Positions 18,601 through 27,389 of a DNA stretch of 60,252 nt are shown here, in pieces. Numbering within the stretch: the stretch's first letter is position 1; every line of letters begins with the position of its first letter. The notes beneath the pieces were generated by a model that made no database searches, had not been told where the DNA came from, and saw nothing but the letters and a program-made list of their open reading frames with translations. This DNA comes from a virus. Lineage: Duplodnaviria > Caudoviricetes. The stretch is from positions 1 to 60,252 of the IMG/VR virus record IMGVR_UViG_3300028895_000917; one strand, written 5' to 3'. Made by a program: the position numbers and the translations under genes.

Positions 18601-21600
18601 GGTTTTGGTGGTGACATCATCATGACGCCGGGCACGGGTGCTGCCGGCAATGGTGCGGTCGTCGTCAACGGCAAGCTCACCGTGACGGGTCTCATCGATC
18701 CGACCGGTCTCCAGCTCACTGGTCAGATCGCCACGCCGGTTGCTGTCCTTCCGGCCGGTGATGGTCTCCTGTGGGTGGACAACACGGCCGTGCCCTCGAG
18801 GCTCATTTTCCGGGATGACACGGGGACGGACAACGACATCAGCATGGGCGGCGGGGGCGGTGGGTCTCTCGGCTCGCTGAGCGACGTGAATCTCGTTGGT
18901 CCGGCGGTGGGCGAAGTGCTCACCTATAACGGGGCGCAGTGGACCAACCTGCCAGGAGCCGGTGGATCTCCATTGGCTACCATTCTCGGTCTCGGCAACG
19001 TGACCGGTGGTACGGCGGGCGGCATCACCGTGAGTGACTCGCTGGGCGACCGGATTGTCTCTGATGGAGACCTCGTACTGGATCCCTCGGTGACGCCAGG
19101 TGATGCGGTCGTCATCGATGGTTTGCGTTGGCCCGAGGCGGACGGACCAGCCGGGTTCGTGCTCACCACGAACGGTCTGGGGCAGCTCAGCTTCCAGCCT
19201 GGTGGCGGTGGGGGCGGCGGCTCGAGCTTCGCTGAAGCCTTCGCTCAGATGCAGTTCGGTGCTCTGATGCCACCGGCTGATGTGGCGGGCGTTCCGTACC
19301 TCAACGGGACGGGCATTCTCAACGATGTCAATCCGTCGGCTCCTGGTGGATCGAACATTTTCCCGCGCCTTGACGGTCTTGCGTCTCAATTTGTCGGCGT
19401 TGCTCCGAATGTGGCTCCGGGTCGGTTCGTTTCGGCCAACCCGATGACGCGGCTCGACAACCAGGGCCTGTACATCTACAAGTTTGAGATCAGCAACACG
19501 TTCGGTGTACGGCTGTTCTTGGGTCTGACCACCGATCCGAGCTCCGATGCCATGGTGACCAGCGATACGCCTCCCGGAGCTGTTGGGGGTTACGTTGGTC
19601 TGAGTTACTCGACGACGGTGCCGGATGCCGGATTTGTGTTCTGGCACAGTAGCGCAGCGGGTGCTGGTACTCGTGTCCCTACGGGCGTTGCTCCCATTGC
19701 GGGTGCCGTCTACTACTTTGCGCTCGACGCCACGGTCCCGGGTCAGGTCCGGATGACGATCTACGATCAGGACTTCGTCGCATTGTCGGCGGTTCCTCCG
19801 ATTGCAGCGTCGCTGCCTCTTCCCACAAGCATCATGGATGTGATGGGCGCCCTGATGCCGACGGGCGGGGTCAACGAGGCTCTGTTCCTCTACTCCTGCA
19901 ACGTGGTGCACCGGGCCGATCTGCTCAACGTCCTCGGTGGTGGTGGCAACCAAGACCTCGCGTCCGTCCTCGGTTTCGGCAACGAGACCGGCGGCGTGGC
20001 CATCAAGGGCTCGGACAACAACGCGGGTGCCGGTGGCGTCTTGGCGTTGCAAGGCGGCGACTCCACCGGTGGCGGTGGCGCTGGCGGCATCATCGACATC
20101 ATCACGGGTTCTCCCGACGGCGCCGGCAATGGCACGGGTGGTGACTTCCAGGTCACGACGGCTTCGGGTGCTGGTCTCGGGAACGCCGGCAGTTTCCAGC
20201 TTGTCGGGGGAACCGGCGGTCCTCTGGGCGGCGACGGGGGCACCTTCCGCGTGGATACGGGGCCTGGGCCCGGTGCTGCGTCGGGTGACGGTGGTGGAGC
20301 TGGCTTCAACCTGGGAGACGGTGGTGCCACTGGAGGCGACGGTGGGTTCTTCTCTGTCGCGGCCGGTAACGCCATCGGAGGGAACGGAGTCGGTGGCCGC
20401 ATCCAGATGTTCGGAGGCAACGGTTTCGGCACTGGAGACGGTGGTGCTTTCACCTTCACGGCTGGAGACGGCGGTGCTGGTGGTGGCGATGGCGGTTCCC
20501 TGTTCTTCACGGCAGGTACCGGCAACGGCGGTGGGGCGGACGGCACCATCACGTTCACCGGCGACACGACCATCACGGGCAAACTCAACGTCACGGGTCT
20601 CATCGACCCCACTGGACTGCTTCTCGATTCGCAGGGATCGGTGCCGTTCACCCCGGTTGGGGCTGACGGCGGTATCTGGGTCAACAACTCCGGCGAACTG
20701 ATTTTCACGAACGCTGGAGGCGACCTGAATCTGTCCACGGCCATTGGCGGTGGCGTGACGTGGCTGGATGCCATGCTCACGGCCGGCTACGGCTTCCTGG
20801 GCGCCGGCAACAACTTCGCTGGACCGCAGAGCTACGGTGTCTTCGGCAGCTCTGTGAACGGCGCTGTGAGCCCTGGACCCCCACCGGCTTCGGCGACCAT
20901 CGGTCAGGACAGCGAAGGCCCCTTCCTCAATCTGGCGGTCGCTGCGGCGCCCAACAGCGAGGCGTTCCTCGGAACGTCGGAGCTCCAGATTCAGCGGGAC
21001 TCCCGTTTCAAGGCTCGGTTCAAGTTCCAGGTCACTTCGCCGGCTCACACCGACGAGCGCATCTTCATCGGTTACACCGACGATGCGACCCAGGTGACTC
21101 CGAACCCGATGCTGGCCGTGGATACTCCGGTTCCGGGCATCCAGTACATGGGTCTCGCCCAGAGCGTGGCCGGCTTCAACCTCGAGTTCGTGGCTCATGG
21201 TTCCGGTGGCGCCATGGTCAACGTGTTCGCCATCCCGACGGACGCGCTGGTCCACTACCTCGAGATCGACGCGACGGCGACCTCGGGGGACGTGACCTTC
21301 AACCTGTACGCGGCAGATGGTGTCACCGTCGAAGCCACGCACACGGAGCCGAGCTCGTTCCTGATCCCGGACCTGGCAAACCCGCTTCGTCCCTTCTTTG
21401 GCATCCACACCGATACGGGTACGACACCGCGTTCCCTGGATATCTACCAGGCGACGGTCGTCACTCGAGCGGATGTGGTGGATGCGGTCACCGGTGGCGG
21501 TGGGGGCGGCGGAACGCCAGACCTCGAGACCGTACTGACGGCTGGGAGTACGACGGGCTCCAATAGCATCACGTTCTCGTTGGGCAGCGGAGGTCTTCTT

Positions 21601-23121
21601 TCGGATGCGGCCGTCGCCAATACGGGTGCTGCTGGCCAACCCCTGACGGTGGTGTTGGGTGCCGGTTCGACTGAGACCGGAACTGGCGTTGCCGGCGGTG
21701 CTGGTGGTGAGCTCGCGGTCACGACTGGACCTGGCGGGGCGACGGACGCTCCGCTTGCCGATGGCGGTGACGGTGGTGCTTGGAACACGACTCTCGGACC
21801 TGGTGGTGACAACACTGGCGGGTTTGATGGTGGTACTGGCGGACGGTTTGTCCTTACAACGGGAGATGGCGGCAACGCCACCGTGGGGTCTGGGGCCGGC
21901 GGTGGGGGCGGCAGCGTCCAGTTCTTCCCGGGTGCCGGTGGGGACTCAACCAACGACACTGGTGGTCGAGGTGGAGACTTCAGAATCGATCTCTCGTCCG
22001 CTACCGGTGGTGCCGGAGACATGCAGGGTGGTCGGGCTGGTCGCTTCACCATCACCGGAGGTGACGGTGGTAGCTCGGCCTCTGGAACCGGCGGTGATGG
22101 TAGCCGCATCGTCATCGTTGGTGGTCTTCCTGGCTCTGGTCCGGTTTCCAACGGTGACGGTGGTGGGATTGAGCTCCGTGCCGGTGGGTCTATTGGAACC
22201 ACAGGAGACCCGGGAGGCATCACACTCTACGCAGGTGATGCTGTTCCGGTCGTCAGCGGTGAAGGCACCGTGCAACTTGCTAGTGCCGCTGAGGCTGGTG
22301 ACGGCCTCACTCAGTCCTTCCTTCTGGTGACTCGTGCCACTTCGTCGGCTGGAGGCCCGATCACGCTTTCGGCAGGTCGAGCTCCTGTCGCCAGCGGTGG
22401 GGACGGTGGGAACATCGTCCTCAATACTCGAGAAGGAGACGGCGCCGGAGATGACGGGTCGATCCATCTGTTGGCCAATGGGGCAACGGCCCTCACAGGC
22501 ATTGGAGGAGGCAACGTCCAGTTGTGGGGTGCTCCCACGGTGGGCACCGGTACCGGCGCTCGAGTGGTCGCATCTAAGGCGATTGCAGGGCTTCCAGGGT
22601 CCGGTCAAGTTGCTGGCGGCGACGCCGAAGCTGGATCAGGCATCAACGGCGGTGCTGCGGCGGTGCAGGGTGGTGCCGGTGATGGTGTCGGTAACGGTGG
22701 AAGTGCCTTCATCAGTGGCGGTGCGGGAGGTGCTACTGGCGATGGTGGGAGCGCGCAGCTTCTGGGTGGTCCGGCGGTTGGCGTTGGCAACACTGGCGGT
22801 GATGTTCGTCTTCTCCCTGGTCCTGGTCCTGCGGGTCAGGGTGAGATCCGCATCGACGGCCCGATTCGTGATTCTAGCCGTGGTGTCCAATTCGGGACCT
22901 TCGCACCTCCGAGTGGGGGTGGTTTCATCGTGCCCTTCAACACAGTCTTCCCGAATGTGCCTCGCGTTGTGCAGTTGACCTTCGAAGCCACTGTGGCTGA
23001 TGCCGTTGGTCGTACAGTGACGGTGGCGCCAGGTTCGATCACCACTTTGAATTTTACCCTGAATGTTTCAGGAGGGGTTTTCATCGGAGCTCCGGTCGTG
23101 CACTGGGTCGCTTTCCTTTGA
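15700..23121 (+). CDS. giant Gly-rich modular tail/head fibre-like protein (2473 aa)
   Basis: GGxFxxxxG repeats, several LxxVLxxGN motifs, three paralogous beta-rich domains, C-terminal QFG...F...FP..P...HWVA (gp53/H-lectin-like) domain. Confidence 0.75.
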   Translation: MANPPANRRPGVDADIFQGQWVRGFDVPAGNDDPAADPCDLIVSNGKSQIDQTVSNLIFASRKDDIGQPIFVMAQGETATAPIGTINFHIGREADPNGLISGVGGGALYASYGTPGLWQLQADNTTWQKISDDLGGEDLQQTLALGNFSGGFNIVMTSGDSIVGADNALGSDGAPVQLQGGAATGAAGNGGQIIARGGDSANGVTGNVEVSTLATTSGAQSGTGRVNIFTGDSRFGGNSGAIRIETGSAGDPAIAGTAGTLQLIGGRNFNTGGFGGGGRMDMIAGQATQDGQGGYVRIFSGNATTTTQTIPLPFFVQGRAGDVQIGAGTSSGTNEGGFIQLTAGVGGSGGGPGGNILLNVGPGGGGADDGQVISNGVLSSDNIKRGTQDPNSINLAGNEGDVYQRTAGGLGQVWVNTNGSPTGWQQLAFAGDFVEAFQQMEMGYVSPSMQEFGGPDTQKYSDIGLYKGLRTVINGIATVTQGRTGTGPALAMLVNETMNNEQASLDMQTSGLSGQGVVLRNRFFATFALQTASTDEDSTRFFVGLSDNDITTQLSSDLPGGRYLGFMRSAINGNWVVVHRGGGGANFVNTGVSRSTTDGGASDDVYYFVIDATDGLLPVVRFFILDPDLQVIANITVPSNLPGPGEQMWPAFGVRTVNAAAGFVSALRVTNASITTKAATVAQGGGTGTGGLSLAQVLVNGNETGLNPILINQGSSILGVTDDNAGDGAFVSIFGGATTLATNDTGGINVGSGNAFGGGAENPGSSTGIAGFGSGFQLGLTSQGNTGVVNVISGDHLGTDGDTGDINLRSGGFFNGAAGTREQGDVNIAPGSFIPNPATVTGDLVLKGGSSNLSGIVGGDVIIMSGENNSPSGNTGDIVIETFDALTAGDSGGLDLSTGSAGAVSGDSGNLTIATGAAPGGNSGFIALVTDNAGNGAAGPMLLSIGGTTLGDGSDIFVNAGSTTDAAGFGGDIIMTPGTGAAGNGAVVVNGKLTVTGLIDPTGLQLTGQIATPVAVLPAGDGLLWVDNTAVPSRLIFRDDTGTDNDISMGGGGGGSLGSLSDVNLVGPAVGEVLTYNGAQWTNLPGAGGSPLATILGLGNVTGGTAGGITVSDSLGDRIVSDGDLVLDPSVTPGDAVVIDGLRWPEADGPAGFVLTTNGLGQLSFQPGGGGGGGSSFAEAFAQMQFGALMPPADVAGVPYLNGTGILNDVNPSAPGGSNIFPRLDGLASQFVGVAPNVAPGRFVSANPMTRLDNQGLYIYKFEISNTFGVRLFLGLTTDPSSDAMVTSDTPPGAVGGYVGLSYSTTVPDAGFVFWHSSAAGAGTRVPTGVAPIAGAVYYFALDATVPGQVRMTIYDQDFVALSAVPPIAASLPLPTSIMDVMGALMPTGGVNEALFLYSCNVVHRADLLNVLGGGGNQDLASVLGFGNETGGVAIKGSDNNAGAGGVLALQGGDSTGGGGAGGIIDIITGSPDGAGNGTGGDFQVTTASGAGLGNAGSFQLVGGTGGPLGGDGGTFRVDTGPGPGAASGDGGGAGFNLGDGGATGGDGGFFSVAAGNAIGGNGVGGRIQMFGGNGFGTGDGGAFTFTAGDGGAGGGDGGSLFFTAGTGNGGGADGTITFTGDTTITGKLNVTGLIDPTGLLLDSQGSVPFTPVGADGGIWVNNSGELIFTNAGGDLNLSTAIGGGVTWLDAMLTAGYGFLGAGNNFAGPQSYGVFGSSVNGAVSPGPPPASATIGQDSEGPFLNLAVAAAPNSEAFLGTSELQIQRDSRFKARFKFQVTSPAHTDERIFIGYTDDATQVTPNPMLAVDTPVPGIQYMGLAQSVAGFNLEFVAHGSGGAMVNVFAIPTDALVHYLEIDATATSGDVTFNLYAADGVTVEATHTEPSSFLIPDLANPLRPFFGIHTDTGTTPRSLDIYQATVVTRADVVDAVTGGGGGGGTPDLETVLTAGSTTGSNSITFSLGSGGLLSDAAVANTGAAGQPLTVVLGAGSTETGTGVAGGAGGELAVTTGPGGATDAPLADGGDGGAWNTTLGPGGDNTGGFDGGTGGRFVLTTGDGGNATVGSGAGGGGGSVQFFPGAGGDSTNDTGGRGGDFRIDLSSATGGAGDMQGGRAGRFTITGGDGGSSASGTGGDGSRIVIVGGLPGSGPVSNGDGGGIELRAGGSIGTTGDPGGITLYAGDAVPVVSGEGTVQLASAAEAGDGLTQSFLLVTRATSSAGGPITLSAGRAPVASGGDGGNIVLNTREGDGAGDDGSIHLLANGATALTGIGGGNVQLWGAPTVGTGTGARVVASKAIAGLPGSGQVAGGDAEAGSGINGGAAAVQGGAGDGVGNGGSAFISGGAGGATGDGGSAQLLGGPAVGVGNTGGDVRLLPGPGPAGQGEIRIDGPIRDSSRGVQFGTFAPPSGGGFIVPFNTVFPNVPRVVQLTFEATVADAVGRTVTVAPGSITTLNFTLNVSGGVFIGAPVVHWVAFL

Positions 23122-23127
23122 CATAAA

Positions 23128-23159
23128 GAAGCCCGTGGAGCTCGAGCTCCACGGGCTTC
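23128..23159. terminator. 32-bp perfect palindrome between convergent genes
   Basis: GAAGCCCGTGGAGCTC|GAGCTCCACGGGCTTC. Confidence 0.65.
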
Positions 23160-23255
23160 GTGTTGGAGGTAGGGGTCTGCTACTGGCAGACCTGCATGAA
23201 GCCGCCAAACATGTCCGTATCAACTACGTGGCCATCCTGTAGCCGCTTCGAACGC

Positions 23256-23292
23256 AAAAAGCCCCGGCGAGCTCGTGCTGGCCGGGGCTTTG
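23256..23292 (-). terminator. intrinsic terminator of the lipoprotein operon
   Basis: AAAGCCCCGGC/GCCGGGGCTTT stem, T run on minus strand. Confidence 0.7.
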
Positions 23293-23306
23293 TGTTGGAG
23301 GTGTTC

Positions 23307-23993
23307 TTACATGCAGATGATGGTGTTCAGGAACTCCGAGAACACGCAGGACATCGGGTTAGGGCACTGGTAGTCGGCCCCGCATTCGTAGACGCACTGG
23401 TTCATGACGCAACGTGGGGCTGCCTCACAGCCACTTATCCCTGGAACGGCACATTCCACGTCCGTGTCGCACCCGGCCGAGCAGTAGCCCGTGGTGCCGG
23501 GCTCGCCGAGGCAGAGCTCGCCGCCTTCGCAGTACTCGAGACCCTGCTGGGGGACTTCACAGGTACTGAGCGGGCCGTTTTCGGGCTGCGTGCAAGCCCC
23601 CACGCCGCACTGGTTCCTGTTGACAGTGCAGTCCTGGTTACAGGAGACGGTGCCGAAGTCGAAGCCCTGTGTTTCGCAGGTCTCGCCGTTCATGTTGTCT
23701 CCGTCGCATTCCTCGTTGCCGTTGACGGTGTCGTCGCCGCAGTAAGGCTCGGGACCTCCGGTGTCGCCGTCACCGTCTCCACCGCCGTCGCCATCTCCAT
23801 CGCCGTCCCCAGCCGATCCGGAGTCGGAGGTTTCGCTGCCTCCGTCCTCACCGGAGGTGCTCGTGTCTCCACTGTCGGAGCTGTCGCTTTCCGTGCCGCT
23901 TCCGGTTTCTCCGAAGCTGTCGAGGTCGGGGTTGAACTCGGCAGCGCAAGCGCCGAGGAACATGAAGGTGGTCAGTAGCAAAATGCGCTTCAT
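23307..23993 (-). CDS. myxobacterial-type Cys-rich lipoprotein
   Basis: Lipobox LGAC, S/G/D linker with GDGDGD, CGD..V.G.E.CDG..M.G.TC...GF..G.V.C...C motif. Confidence 0.8.
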   Translation of the reverse strand: MKRILLLTTFMFLGACAAEFNPDLDSFGETGSGTESDSSDSGDTSTSGEDGGSETSDSGSAGDGDGDGDGGGDGDGDTGGPEPYCGDDTVNGNEECDGDNMNGETCETQGFDFGTVSCNQDCTVNRNQCGVGACTQPENGPLSTCEVPQQGLEYCEGGELCLGEPGTTGYCSAGCDTDVECAVPGISGCEAAPRCVMNQCVYECGADYQCPNPMSCVFSEFLNTIICM

Positions 23994-23996
23994 GAC

Positions 23997-24713
23997 TTAG
24001 CCCTCCATGCACGCGCCGGTCGTACCGAACATCTGGCAAGTGAGTCCAGGGGCACAGCCCGCGTCCGTGTCGCAGTACGCGGTGCAGCAGTGGGAGTCCC
24101 AGTTCTCCCCAGGGAAGGGGTTGAGCATGTCGTTGTTCTGACAGAAGTCGAACGGGAGCTGGTCGGACGACACGCACGCCAGGTTGAAGCACCCGGCGAA
24201 TTGACGGTTGCCGCCTCCAGGCTCGAAACACCCGTTGTGGAGATCGGTGCCGTCGTTGCTCACGTCGAACATCGGCAGGCAGTACATCCCTCCGACGGGG
24301 TCCATCCCCGGACCCGGAGACACGGTCCCGAGCACGCACGTGTACGTGGTCAGCGGGGAGTCGGGATCGTTGATGTTGCGGGGACCGTCGGCGCAGTAGT
24401 TGTCGCCGGCCATCATCTCGATGGGATCACAGGGCATGTACGGCTCGACGGGCGTGGGTTCGGTGCCTCCATCATCGCCGTCACCGTCTCCACCGCCGTC
24501 GCCACCAGTGGAACCCGTCTCGCCGCCCGTTTCGTCGTCGCTCGAGCCGCTGTCTTCGTCACTGGTCTCGCTTTCGTCGGCTCCGGTTTCACCGTCATCC
24601 ATCATGCCGGCGGAGTCGTCAGCGGGCTGAGCTTCCTGAAAGCCTCCGGAGTCGAACGCACACCCTGCGGTGAGCATCATGGTCAGCAACATCGTGAAAA
24701 GTGTTCGTTTCAT
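23997..24713 (-). CDS. myxobacterial-type Cys-rich lipoprotein
   Basis: Lipobox TAGC, GDGDGD linker, CCTAYCD...C motif; RBS GAGGAGG before MKRTLF. Confidence 0.8.
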   Translation of the reverse strand: MKRTLFTMLLTMMLTAGCAFDSGGFQEAQPADDSAGMMDDGETGADESETSDEDSGSSDDETGGETGSTGGDGGGDGDGDDGGTEPTPVEPYMPCDPIEMMAGDNYCADGPRNINDPDSPLTTYTCVLGTVSPGPGMDPVGGMYCLPMFDVSNDGTDLHNGCFEPGGGNRQFAGCFNLACVSSDQLPFDFCQNNDMLNPFPGENWDSHCCTAYCDTDAGCAPGLTCQMFGTTGACMEG

Positions 24714-24735
24714 TCGAAAATCTACCTCCTCACTG

Positions 24736-24761
24736 TACACGGACCAATCGAAAAAAATACA
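24736..24761 (-). promoter_or_regulatory. TGTAAA-class putative promoter (variant)
   Basis: Minus strand TGTATTT-N13-CGTGTA upstream of lipoprotein operon. Confidence 0.5.
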
Positions 24762-24906
24762 TCAAGCTCATGATCTGAGGCGGATCAAGTACGCGAAAAA
24801 AGGTCATGCGCCTTCGATAACGGCTTTCTATAGGGGGAATCGCGCCGTTGGCGCTGATTCCGCAACTGATCCTTGGGTCCAGGAGACCTCCAAAACGAGC
24901 TCTCCC

Positions 24907-24938
24907 GAATCCGCCTATGGGCGCCCCTGGACGAGAGG
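24907..24938 (+). promoter_or_regulatory. CTAT-class putative late promoter
   Basis: GAAT-ccgc-CTAT-N14-GAG. Confidence 0.5.
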
Positions 24939-25067
24939 TCCGGATGAGCAGCACCCCAGACGTTTCCAGTTTGCAGACCTGTGTCGTCCTTCCTCGCGAC
25001 GTTGCGAAGAAAGGGACCGCGTTCCGGGTGATCGGCTTCGGAGAAGGATGACCGCGACACGCGGCTC

Positions 25068-25096
25068 TAATCCCTCTATCGGCTTCCCTTCATAGG
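25068..25096 (+). promoter_or_regulatory. CTAT-class putative late promoter
   Basis: TAAT-ccct-CTAT-N13-TAG. Confidence 0.55.
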
Positions 25097-25155
25097 AACG
25101 CGCGTCTCCATGCTCCAAACCCCACTCATCGTGCCGCGAATTTCGGGAGGACGGC

Positions 25156-26130
25156 ATGTCTAGTACTCCTTGGCGTCGCGGGAACGTGAAACTCGAGGTT
25201 GACGCCTCGGTTGAGCACGTTGAATCAGCTTCTGTACCGGGCGGTGCGCCGGCAGCGGGCACTGGCAAGTTCTGGGTTCGCAACGACAGCGACAACACCC
25301 CGATGTTCACCTCAGACGGTGGCATCGACTACGTCCTCAATGGCGGCTCTCAGTGGCAAGAAGAAACTGCGACCACGACCGATGCGACGGCAAACGTCAC
25401 GATCGCCACCCCAGTGTCGGCGCTCGGGGTTGCCGAGCAGACGTTCGTAGACGTGATCATCCTGGCTGAGTCGGGCGCGGCCAACACCTACTTCCATCGG
25501 CAGCTCATCACCTACTACGAAAGCGGGGGCGTTACCCAGTGGACGGTGGAGATGAACGGCCTCGAGCAGCGTCGAGGTTTCCCAACCACGGTCACCGCTG
25601 CACTCGCCATCAACGGTTCGGCCATCGAAGTGCAGGCTACAGGTCAGGCTGCGACCACGATCAACTGGACCGTTCAGTACCGGACCAAAGAGACCGTCCA
25701 AGATGGTCTTGCCACGGGTAGTGGTGCGCCCTCCCCCACCGCCAGCACGCTCGTTTTCACATCCCTCGTCACGTCGGGTCCGACGACGGCGGCTGTGAAC
25801 GACTTGGTCAAGTACGACCCGTCCGGAGGTCCTTTCACGATCAATGCTCCTGCGAGTCCTTCGAAGGACGACCGTTTCGCGATCAAGAACGCTACGGCAG
25901 ACCTGACGAACATCACCCTCAGCGGCTACTCGCTCTACAAGACTGAAGCGTCCTTGGTGACTGGTCTTGAGCTCCACGGCGACCCGGTGAAGAAAATCTG
26001 GCGAACTCGAGTGCCGGTACCTTTTTCGGCTCTTGAGCTCGTAGATCGCGACCCCAACCCCACGACGTTGCCTGGGCTCACCGAGATGATCCGAGCCCGC
26101 GCTGCTGAGTATCCGAGCGTGACCTTGTAG
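25156..26130 (+). CDS. fibre-like structural protein, possibly chimeric/truncated
   Basis: GKFWVRND...PMFTSDGG motif resembles motifs in the 2473-aa protein; abrupt composition change near 25926. Confidence 0.6.
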   Translation: MSSTPWRRGNVKLEVDASVEHVESASVPGGAPAAGTGKFWVRNDSDNTPMFTSDGGIDYVLNGGSQWQEETATTTDATANVTIATPVSALGVAEQTFVDVIILAESGAANTYFHRQLITYYESGGVTQWTVEMNGLEQRRGFPTTVTAALAINGSAIEVQATGQAATTINWTVQYRTKETVQDGLATGSGAPSPTASTLVFTSLVTSGPTTAAVNDLVKYDPSGGPFTINAPASPSKDDRFAIKNATADLTNITLSGYSLYKTEASLVTGLELHGDPVKKIWRTRVPVPFSALELVDRDPNPTTLPGLTEMIRARAAEYPSVTL

Positions 26131-26139
26131 GAAAGACCG

Positions 26140-26415
26140 ATGGTTTTTAGCGACATGGATAAAGAGTGCATCCGAGCTTGTCACGCTCACCTGATGGCTG
26201 TGCAGTCCAAACGCGAGCTGACCACCGAGGAAGCAGCGGACCTCGAGACCATCCTGGTGGGTGACGAGGCTGACAAGATCACGCTGGCTCGGACCTACGC
26301 TCAGGACAAAGAGCTCCCCATGGTCGAAGGTGAAATCGCCGGCCTGTCCATGGGAAGCCCCGACCTGGCGCCACTGCAAACCAAGCAGTCCGAGCTCGAA
26401 GGCTACCTCGCCTAG
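26140..26415 (+). CDS. hypothetical protein
   Basis: ORF, typical codon usage. Confidence 0.6.
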   Translation: MVFSDMDKECIRACHAHLMAVQSKRELTTEEAADLETILVGDEADKITLARTYAQDKELPMVEGEIAGLSMGSPDLAPLQTKQSELEGYLA

Positions 26416-26662
26416 AGGCCCTACACGCTCCTGTGAGGCATGTTCCGGGTTCGGGCTCGGGGAGGCACTGCTCCGATGGCTAGACGCGCTCTGGAGAGCT
26501 CGTTTGGCTTTTGGGGTGGGATCAGAGTATGATGGCGAGCCTTCGGCCCGAAACGGCGCTAGAAGGCTCGCTAGTCCGGTCACAATGGCCGATCCCTCTC
26601 CACTCCGTGGTGGATCATTTCGGAGGGGGTACAAGACACAGAGCCCCAACAGGAGGGGCCTA

Positions 26663-27364
26663 CATGCTCGACATGTCCGCAAAATTGGAAGAAGCGGGAC
26701 TCGCCACGCTACGGCCGGCGAAGACTACGTTCCCCGATGGTCGCATGGCGACCAAAGAAGCCTGGAAGTACTGCCAGGCCCTATGTTCAAAACTGAAGAT
26801 GCAGGCTCCGACGCTACGGACGTTCAAGTGGCATCTGAAGCACGGCAACTTGATCAAGGCGACGTTGGTCCCCAACCCTTTCGGCGGGGGCGGCCCAGAC
26901 AAGGTCTACGCCCTTACGGTGGAAGCCGTAGACGCTTTCGTCAACGAGCTTCGGAACAACCCCACGAGGACGTGGTCGAAGCAGTACATCGTGTGGCTCG
27001 ACGCTTGACCGATTGGTGCAAGGTTCTTTGGCCCGGATCGATACGGGCCCTCCAGGTCTATACGCAGCCCTCGCATTCCCTCGATGGGCTGATCCCCTCG
27101 AAGTCCATGCCGAAAACATGGGCAGAAGCGGCTATGAAGATCGACGATCACCTGACCGCAGAGCTCGCGAAGTCAGGTCGAGACGAGTTCGGGTGGTCAG
27201 ACTTCTCGTTCCTCCGGCCTGAAGCTCCCAACCCCGACAAAGCCCTCACCGAGGCCGTCAGCAAGATCGAAGGAGTCCTTACCGACGGCGAGGTGCCCGT
27301 ATCCAGGTCCGCAGAGGCGCCTGAGAGGATCGAGAGGCCACAAGAAGGCCCAGAGGGTCCGTAG
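26663..27364 (+). pseudogene. probable frameshifted/truncated gene
   Basis: RBS AGGAGG, ORF stops at 27008 but protein-like sequence continues in another frame to 27364. Confidence 0.45.
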
Positions 27365-27389
27365 ACCGTCCGGGCCTTCAGGAAGCTCC

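Noticed and set aside
18466-21639. 1057-aa minus-strand ORF (also 10771-12525, 15673-17205, 42134-43810, 50052-52763 on minus and 28716-30860 on plus)
   Set aside because: Antisense shadows of real genes, expected from GC-rich codon bias; no motifs of their own
10849-23121. PE-PGRS, ice-nucleation, RTX or collagen proteins
   Set aside because: No PE domain, octapeptide periodicity, regular GGxGxDxL nonapeptides or Gly-X-Y triplets; phage fibre motifs fit better
26416-26660. tRNA or hammerhead ribozyme
   Set aside because: No cloverleaf with TTC loop and no CTGATGA core seen
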